From Cylindrospermopsis raciborskii Cr2010 (GTDB lineage Bacteria > Cyanobacteriota > Cyanobacteriia > Cyanobacteriales > Nostocaceae): DNA of 32,000 nt. Position 1 is the first letter of the stretch. Every line of letters starts with the position of its first letter. The position numbers were made by a program, and so were the translations under genes. A model generated the notes under the pieces. The model saw nothing but the letters and a program-made list of their open reading frames with translations, ran no database searches and had not been told where the DNA came from. The DNA is taken from the NCBI RefSeq assembly GCF_003367075.2, contig NZ_CP065936.1, positions 1,440,001 through 1,472,000 on the forward strand, given 5' to 3'. Of the stretch, positions 23,947-32,000 are shown piece by piece.

Positions 23947-25059
23947 ATGATTCCACATCTACAACAATTATTAGCAACTCAAGATTCGGTTATTTCTCAA
24001 CTATTGAGGTTTAACCTATACGGACTCAAGGAAACATTAGGACAGGCTAAAACAGCATATCCCGCAGATCCAGGCTATGATTTATGTTCCCAGGTCATTG
24101 GGGAAATTGATGGTCTTTTACAGTTGAATTCAGTTGGAGAGTTTGAAGATGTTGAACTCGCAATCCATGATTCCACATCTGGTCAATTACTTACAGAATT
24201 AGGGGAAATTTTTAATTCTGATTTAGAGGTCAGGTTTTACTTGGGAGACCAACCCTTACACAGTGATAATGACTGTGATCTCTGGAATGAAATTCACCAC
24301 AAGTTGCTGCGCTTACCAGAAGATTTGGCTACAATCTGGAAAAACCGCTCTCTGGAAATTGCCAAAAAACTGGGTGCCCTGGAAGATTATGTGCATCTTC
24401 GTTATTTACCCTTTGTGCGCGATGAAATTATTTATCCCGGTCTAAATGGCACAATCGTCTCTCCCGGACTCTCTTTGTCTAAAAAAGCTTTGCTCAAATC
24501 AGACCTGGCTCAATTACATAACTCCGATAATTGGCATTTTTTAACCAGTTTCCTCTCCTTATATACTAGTTTCATTGATATCGACCCAGACCTACATCAC
24601 GCCCTAAAAAGTGTCTTTAGCTTTGATATTATCTCTTTTCAATCTCATCCCGAACAAAAGCAATTATATCTGGAATCATTTAGCGATCGCCTGCAACGTC
24701 ACCAAAAACTTAATGATGATTCCAGCAGCATCATCAATTTACGCAGTTGGCTAGATCTAGATGAAGCAATACATTCTCTAGTATTTGTCCCCCCAGCAGA
24801 AAGATATTCCTGGTGGGGAAAACTACAACAAGAATCAAGACGTATACTCAAAAAAATGGCTGATCAAGCTACGAAAGCAGGTAATAACATCAAGATCAAG
24901 CAACTATCAGGACTATATGCTGATATTTGCCAGTACACTAAGGATGATTTACAACTGGAGGATGGGGGAACTCCAGGAGAGGTTCTATCCTGCCTTCGCT
25001 TATACGCAAAAATAAATGAGGAAGAATATCCAGGAAGGGTAATATATAGAGCTTGTTAA
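23947..25059 (+). CDS. hypothetical protein (no recognisable motif)
   Basis: 370-aa ORF with normal-looking codon usage and no overlapping competitor ORF of similar length. It is acidic and Leu-rich and probably cytoplasmic. I recognise no signature. Confidence 0.55.
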   Translation: MIPHLQQLLATQDSVISQLLRFNLYGLKETLGQAKTAYPADPGYDLCSQVIGEIDGLLQLNSVGEFEDVELAIHDSTSGQLLTELGEIFNSDLEVRFYLGDQPLHSDNDCDLWNEIHHKLLRLPEDLATIWKNRSLEIAKKLGALEDYVHLRYLPFVRDEIIYPGLNGTIVSPGLSLSKKALLKSDLAQLHNSDNWHFLTSFLSLYTSFIDIDPDLHHALKSVFSFDIISFQSHPEQKQLYLESFSDRLQRHQKLNDDSSSIINLRSWLDLDEAIHSLVFVPPAERYSWWGKLQQESRRILKKMADQATKAGNNIKIKQLSGLYADICQYTKDDLQLEDGGTPGEVLSCLRLYAKINEEEYPGRVIYRAC

Positions 25060-25179
25060 AACAGGGATTTTTAACCCACTCATCCAGTTCTAAAATTCAG
25101 AAGAATGATTTTTTGAGCTTTGAGTGATAAAGACATCAATTCAAAACTCAAAATTTCATTCAACTACATGGCTATGGCT

Positions 25180-25812
25180 TTAAGCCATTTGATTTTCAAT
25201 TGCCCAGCGTGCTAGCTCAGTACGATTATGCAGGTTAGTTTTGCCTAACATATTAGATACATGGCTTTCAACCGTACGTTGACTGACATTTAATTCCTCA
25301 GCAATTTCCCGATTTGCTAAACCCCTAGCCACAAATTGAACTACTTTTAGTTCCGTGGGGGTCAATTGAACATCAAAAGGAACTTGGATGCGAGAACCAG
25401 GTTCCCCTACCTTGGTTTGATGTTCTTTCCAGCGACTGGTTTGCTTGAGTGAGGATTCTACTTGGGCCACAAGTTCTTCCGGTTCAAAGGGTTTGACCAT
25501 ATATACATCAGCTCCCTTATTTAACCCTTTTACCCTGTCCGCACTTTGTCCTTTCGCTGACAGAAAAAGAACGGGTACCCAACTAGTCCGCTCGTTTTGT
25601 CTCACCTGTTCAACAAAGGTATAACCGTCCATTTCTGGCATCATCACATCACAGATGATCATATCGGGAATATCCTGTTCTAAAACACCTAGAGCTGTTC
25701 GCCCATTTTCAGCTGTTAGAACGTCATATCCCCTAAATCCTAGATAGTCTCTGACTAGCAGAATTAAATTAGGATCGTCATCAATCAGTAAAAGTCGTTT
25801 TTGGTCTTTCAT
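25180..25812 (-). CDS. two-component response regulator, NarL/FixJ (LuxR-type HTH) family
   Basis: 210-aa ORF with a REC domain (LLIDDDPN, phospho-acceptor context MIICDVMMPEMDG, conserved KP in MVKPF). The C-terminal LuxR HTH reads LTPTELKVVQFVARGLANREIAEELNVSQRTVESHVSNMLGK. No cognate kinase is adjacent. Confidence 0.9.
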   Translation of the reverse strand: MKDQKRLLLIDDDPNLILLVRDYLGFRGYDVLTAENGRTALGVLEQDIPDMIICDVMMPEMDGYTFVEQVRQNERTSWVPVLFLSAKGQSADRVKGLNKGADVYMVKPFEPEELVAQVESSLKQTSRWKEHQTKVGEPGSRIQVPFDVQLTPTELKVVQFVARGLANREIAEELNVSQRTVESHVSNMLGKTNLHNRTELARWAIENQMA

Positions 25813-26203
25813 GCTGAATTCTTTTATAGCGTTGGCATTTTTCGCGCTTAGATCCTTCCCGGAATGGGATGGAGGAGCTTCTTTCCACCTAACTCATTCC
25901 TGTTGGTTGTGGTTTGGGAGGGTGGTTGTTACTCCTTACATAATACTAGTAACTTAATGACAAAGGTCTAGTAAGGATACGGAGAGCAAAAGTATTTATA
26001 ATGCGCTATTATATTTTCCTTTGCCAGAAGCGGGTGCAAGAATCTGATTCAATCATTTTGACAAGTTCAGTGTTGAGCTAAAGATGATTTTTACAACCCT
26101 ACCCGCATTTCTATTAGGTTACTATTGCCCATACAATATCCAAGTTTTAGCGTTGAAGTTAAATCACACAAGAAAATAAAATTGGAGAACCGATTTTACA
26201 TTT

Positions 26204-27454
26204 CTATATCTGTTTAACTCTTGCTAAAGGATTCACCTTTAGTGGTTGAACGCCACAACTCCCTATCCTCTCGGCAGTTAACGCCTCTGAGGAATACATT
26301 CTAATTATGTTCAGGCTACTATTGAGGTCTGCATTAATAACCTGACCATTAGCGGATCTAAATAGTCCTCGATGTAATCGTTCCCCCAAGTATTTTTGAT
26401 GTTTTGCTATGGGTTCAAAATCCCAAGCAGAGCACTTGCTGGTATATGCCTCATTAACTGTGATTAGTTCAATCTGTGCTAGTCGGCATTTATGTTTCAG
26501 TATATCAATGAGTCTACTATGGGGTATTGGCATAAAGTTGTGTCTCTTGCTTGTACCCATCCTAGTCTCTTTTTCCCATTCATCGTTCTTTCCCACTACT
26601 AAGGTTTTAATACCATTAGACTTGAGATAATTGATTACGATAGAGGAGGTCTGATGAAGATAGTTATCTAATCGGTTATGATGTTTGGTGGTTATCCCAC
26701 CCAATCTTTGACTAGGTTGACTCTCAGACTGATAGGATCCTATTAGATCCAGCTTTCTGTTGAACAGTCGATTGAGGGATTTTAACGGTTTACCATTCAC
26801 CAATAAAGGTCTAATAGTTGAACTATTAGTTGTTAAGGCAACCAGGTTATTAACTCCTAGGTCTATACCAGCTATAACTCGTGTAGACCTAGTTGTAGGC
26901 TCTTGCACCTCATAAATGAATTTGAGGAGATATGAGCCATTATTCCTGGGAATAATCATGGCTTCTACCAGTTTTCTAGCCTTACCAATGGAATCGTTCA
27001 CATCACCCTCAAATAGACCCTCAAATAACTGGCACATTCCTTGGACCAGGGATGGTTGATCCATGGTTGGACAACCCTGATATACATTGTATACGACAAT
27101 TGGAAAGCGTCCCTTAATTTTGTGTTTGTAATTGGGAATTTTTGGTGGATCCACATATTTAGATGGATTAGCTTGCCAATCTTGCCAAGATCTGATATAA
27201 TTTTTCCACCTTTGTAATACCTGTCTAATGACTGACAAACCTCTGTGAGTAACTGCCATCTCCTGATAAGCTCTGGAACTAAACACTAAGCTATACAGCT
27301 TCCCACTAGAGAGTATCTTGCCTGTTTTAAAGAAAGACTGCCTTAGATAATAGGTACACAAATTGTAGAGACTTTTGGCTCTAAAGCAGATTAAATCACA
27401 TCCCTGCCAATACTTATCATTTTTGTAAATGGGATGCGTTTTAACTAACTGCAT
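26204..27454 (-). CDS. tnpB: IS200/IS605-family TnpB (OrfB) RNA-guided endonuclease-like protein; no tnpA partner
   Basis: 416-aa ORF. The RuvC-like triad contexts are present: AGIDLGVNNLVAL (D), ITVNEAYTSKCS (E) and VINADLNSSLNI (D). The N-terminal LYNLCTYYLRQ helix is typical of TnpB. The usual CxxC..CxxC zinc finger between E and D is absent, as in the YTSKxS subgroup I recall from cyanobacteria. Confidence 0.85.
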   Translation of the reverse strand: MQLVKTHPIYKNDKYWQGCDLICFRAKSLYNLCTYYLRQSFFKTGKILSSGKLYSLVFSSRAYQEMAVTHRGLSVIRQVLQRWKNYIRSWQDWQANPSKYVDPPKIPNYKHKIKGRFPIVVYNVYQGCPTMDQPSLVQGMCQLFEGLFEGDVNDSIGKARKLVEAMIIPRNNGSYLLKFIYEVQEPTTRSTRVIAGIDLGVNNLVALTTNSSTIRPLLVNGKPLKSLNRLFNRKLDLIGSYQSESQPSQRLGGITTKHHNRLDNYLHQTSSIVINYLKSNGIKTLVVGKNDEWEKETRMGTSKRHNFMPIPHSRLIDILKHKCRLAQIELITVNEAYTSKCSAWDFEPIAKHQKYLGERLHRGLFRSANGQVINADLNSSLNIIRMYSSEALTAERIGSCGVQPLKVNPLARVKQI

Positions 27455-27759
27455 CTAGTTTTCTCCTGCAAGTAGAATGTGGAAATTGACGAAATTTGGT
27501 TGCACCAATAGCCAAAAGTTGGGAACTCCTGTATTGTTACTCATTCAGCGATTCCTTGACTACATTTCTATAACAATTTTCCTCATTTGGAAATAAAGTT
27601 GTTCATATAAAAATATTCACTACTTACGCAACAGAACCAGACAACTAAAATAATTCAGTATTTACGCTTGATTAGCAGGTAATAAATATAGCTAAATACA
27701 GTGTAGAAAGGCAAAAATCTAGTTGATTCCGTTTTCCTCACCTATTGAGAATTTATCTG

Positions 27760-27775
27760 GTTCGGAAAACCGTAC
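27760..27775 (+). promoter_or_regulatory. K-box-like element upstream of groESL
   Basis: GTTCGGAAAACCGTAC matches the cyanobacterial groE K-box consensus as I recall it (GTTCGG-NNAN-CCNNAC). It lies ~40 nt upstream of CIRCE. Confidence 0.5.
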
Positions 27776-27786
27776 AGATAAGATTG

Positions 27787-27816
27787 TTGCCATTTGTGGT
27801 CTTTTTTCGGTACATT
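27787..27816 (+). promoter_or_regulatory. candidate sigma70-type groESL promoter
   Basis: TTGCCA (27787-27792), an 18-nt spacer and TACATT (27811-27816). The -10 element abuts or overlaps the CIRCE operator, as is typical for HrcA-controlled promoters. Confidence 0.4.
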
Positions 27817-27841
27817 AGCACTCAGGAGTTGAGAGTGCTAA
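27815..27841 (+). promoter_or_regulatory. CIRCE operator (HrcA binding site)
   Basis: TTAGCACTC-aggagttga-GAGTGCTAA is a perfect match to the CIRCE inverted repeat TTAGCACTC-N9-GAGTGCTAA. It ends 29 nt upstream of the groES ATG. Confidence 0.9.
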
Positions 27842-27870
27842 TCAACGACATTTAAAGATAAGGAAAAAAT

Positions 27871-28182
27871 ATGGCAGCAGTATCTCTAAGCGTATCCACA
27901 GTTAAGCCCCTAGGCGATCGCGTGTTTGTAAAAGTCACAGCAGCTGAAGAAAAGACAGCAGGTGGTTTATATTTGCCCGACACAGCAAAAGAAAAGCCCC
28001 AGGTAGGGGAAGTAGTAGCTTTAGGACCTGGTAAGCGTAATGATGACGGAACCCGTCAAGAAATTGAGCTGAAAGTAGGGGACAAAGTACTATATTCCAA
28101 GTATGCAGGTACAGACATCAAACTGGGTACAGACGAATTTGTACTACTTTCTGAAAAAGACATTCTAGCAGTAGTTGGGTAA
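27871..28182 (+). CDS. groES: co-chaperonin GroES
   Basis: 103-aa ORF reading [12 protein letters not shown]...[28 protein letters not shown]...VLYSKYAGT. This is unmistakably Cpn10. Confidence 0.95.
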   Translation: MAAVSLSVSTVKPLGDRVFVKVTAAEEKTAGGLYLPDTAKEKPQVGEVVALGPGKRNDDGTRQEIELKVGDKVLYSKYAGTDIKLGTDEFVLLSEKDILAVVG

Positions 28183-28241
28183 TAGTAGTTGGGTAGGAGA
28201 ACGAACTACCCTAGAAGCTACCCTAAAAAGTTGATAGTTAA

Positions 28242-30421
<2,180 letters not shown>

Positions 30422-30430
<9 letters not shown>

Positions 30431-31087
30431 TAGCACCAGATTGCTAGTTAATGTAATAGCCAAATCCTGTTCTGGGCGTAGAACAAACACATCAGCCCTG
30501 TTTTTTCTCAGTAACACACTGGCTAAAGCGCCCGCTGCTGCACCACCAATGGGTTCTAAAACCTCCACCTTTTTATTACCAGTGACCAGAGCTATCAAGG
30601 TTGCAGCACCAGCACCAATAGCAGCATCGGTTAGAATTTGACCAGTGTTACTTCCCTTAGTGATGGTTTCAGTTTTAGTGATGGTTCTGGAGTTGGCACT
30701 AATTGGTTGGGTTTTACCATTAGGAAACACCAATTCTGTAGCGACGAATCTTACCCCCCTTCTATTATTGCCACCTAAATTAACCGGTGTCAATTCTCCT
30801 GTTACCTCGCTATTAGCAGGGATTAAGATATTTCTATTACTATCCATAATATCATTAGCTATTCTCAGGGTCAGGGGTATTCTTTCCCCTGGTTGGAGAA
30901 TTATTTTTTCTTTTTCATAGGTTACAGGTAGGGTCACATTAGCTGGAATGGTAATCGTGCGCGGTTGGTTAAAGTTAAATTGTGCTTGAGCAGGATTAGG
31001 GTAGATCCAGGGAATAACAGCCCCTGTGTTAATGGCTATGGTCATTAATGCAGCAGCAGTTGATTTCCAAGTTATTAGACCACTCAT
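30422..31087 (-). CDS. secreted hypothetical protein with C-terminal glycine-zipper segment (TrbI/VirB10-like beta region possible)
   Basis: 221-aa ORF with a signal-peptide-like N-terminus (AAALMTIAINTGAVIPWIYPNPAQAQ). A beta-rich middle region follows (ITIPANVTLPVTYEKEKIILQPGERIPLTL). The Gly/Ala-rich stretch is AAIGAGAATLIALVTG...GGAAAGALASVL. The function is not established. Confidence 0.6.
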
Positions 31088-31148
31088 AAGATATTACCAA
31101 TAATTGTCTTGGATAGTATGACCTAATCCTGGCAAAATAGGTTCCAAA

Positions 31149-31176
31149 TAATAACCCGCCCTAGGGCGGGTTATTA
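31149..31176 (-). terminator. palindromic stem-loop terminator candidate downstream of the porin gene
   Basis: Perfect 28-nt palindrome taataacccgccctagggcgggttatta, 33 nt after the porin stop. On the minus strand it is followed by TTTGG. Confidence 0.5.
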
Positions 31177-31208
31177 GAGTTTAACAGGTTACTAAGTCAA
31201 TGTTGAGC

Positions 31209-32000
31209 TTAGAAGCTGAAGGTGGTACGCAGTGTACCTACATAGATATTGGGGTTATTTTTGTTGTGTTCAGGATCTAGGATGACTAACACACCTGGGG
31301 TAATGAGAACGTTGTCAGAAACTTTGATTTTATACAAGCCTTCTACGTGTAAGGAAGTATCAGTTTCTCCGTTTATATTAGTACCTCCACTCTTACCGCC
31401 AGTGAATTTGGGAGGTTGACCGAAGACGAAACCAAGGGTGTTGCCTTCTCTCAGGAAGTCTTTAATTGCCACATTACCAGCCCAGTACCACACATCTCCA
31501 CTGGTGGGAGTACCTCCCAAGGTGCTCACAGTTGTGTAGCCTGCCCAACCACCTAATGAAATGCTAGGAGTAGCTTTTAGGTTCAATGCCACACCGTAGT
31601 TACTGGTTTCGACTTTTCCATTTAATCTTGCATTTAATGTTGTACCTACAGTACCTACAGCAGCACCACCACCAGTACTGTCAAACCCACCACTAAACCC
31701 ACCAGATGTTTGGTAAACATGGGCGTAGGTTAATCCGAGATTGATAGCCTGATTCGGCTTAAACGCCAACTGACCAATAATGGTACTGTCGCCCTCAAAA
31801 AGTCCTTTATTGGGACCCGGGTCAGACGCAGTAGCACTACCTCTAGCATAGTAACCAGCACCCAGGGTGATAGCGTCATTAGCTTTGAGGTTCAGTGCGA
31901 TACCAGATCCACCACGAGCTTGACGATAGATGGGACTAAAACGTCCGTAACGGGAGATGGAACCTGATCCACTGCTCTTAAAGTCAGGGTTAAAGGCTTC
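31209..32000 (-). CDS. outer-membrane beta-barrel porin (cyanobacterial OprB-type), C-terminal part; gene continues beyond the window end
   Basis: The frame stays open on the minus strand from the window edge, so the track's start at 31769 is an internal TTG. The sequence shows an alternating Gly/Tyr/Thr-rich beta-strand pattern and the terminal ...YVGTLRTTFSF, a C-terminal aromatic residue typical of OMP barrels. Confidence 0.8.
   Translation of the reverse strand, partial: EAFNPDFKSSGSGSISRYGRFSPIYRQARGGSGIALNLKANDAITLGAGYYARGSATASDPGPNKGLFEGDSTIIGQLAFKPNQAINLGLTYAHVYQTSGGFSGGFDSTGGGAAVGTVGTTLNARLNGKVETSNYGVALNLKATPSISLGGWAGYTTVSTLGGTPTSGDVWYWAGNVAIKDFLREGNTLGFVFGQPPKFTGGKSGGTNINGETDTSLHVEGLYKIKVSDNVLITPGVLVILDPEHNKNNPNIYVGTLRTTFSF

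Noticed and set aside
26204-27454. Whether the TnpB-like protein could be a Cas12k / type V-K effector linked to the Tn7-like end
   Set aside because: The RuvC D-E-D contexts look intact, whereas Cas12k is inactivated. The protein is only 416 aa, no CRISPR array or tracr-like repeat set is adjacent, and it lies 12 kb from the transposon-like end with housekeeping genes in between.

Overview
The window looks like chromosomal DNA from a filamentous, probably heterocystous (Nostocales-type) cyanobacterium. Supporting signs are frequent HIP1 (GCGATCGC) palindromes, an amiC-murI pair, a CIRCE-controlled groESL operon, an OprB-type porin and an N-terminally extended KaiB-like gene. Most genes are housekeeping: thioredoxin (partial), murI, amiC, a cation/proton antiporter, a HAD hydrolase, tRNA-Ala(CGC), a squalene/phytoene-synthase-like enzyme, a Ser/Thr kinase, wecB, a NarL-type response regulator, groES/groEL and a porin. 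Five things stand out. (1) A sequence 2 bp from the 3' end of tRNA-Ala reads like a Tn7/CAST-type transposon end: terminal TGTACA followed by four TGTC(G/C) repeats about 20 bp apart. Just inside it lie a start-less gene fragment and an uncharacterised two-gene cassette, a multi-winged-helix protein plus a 706-aa P-loop NTPase. This cassette is my best candidate for an undescribed, possibly cargo or defence-like, system. (2) A 1,927-aa protein fuses an EEP domain, a phytase-like esterase, a beta-propeller phytase and a PhoD domain to an RTX tail, and has a Pho-box-like array upstream. (3) The whole groEL-downstream intergenic region is triplicated in tandem, including a degenerate copy of the last groEL codons. 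It is built around a hairpin repeat that also occurs at ~23.8 kb. (4) A solo IS200/IS605-type tnpB with no tnpA sits between the response regulator and groESL. (5) A same-strand string of genes encodes the extended KaiB-like protein, an MBL-fold protein and a protein joining a PD-(D/E)xK-like domain to TPR repeats. No CRISPR array, rRNA or prophage was seen. All functional calls come from motif recognition by eye, and no database searches were run.
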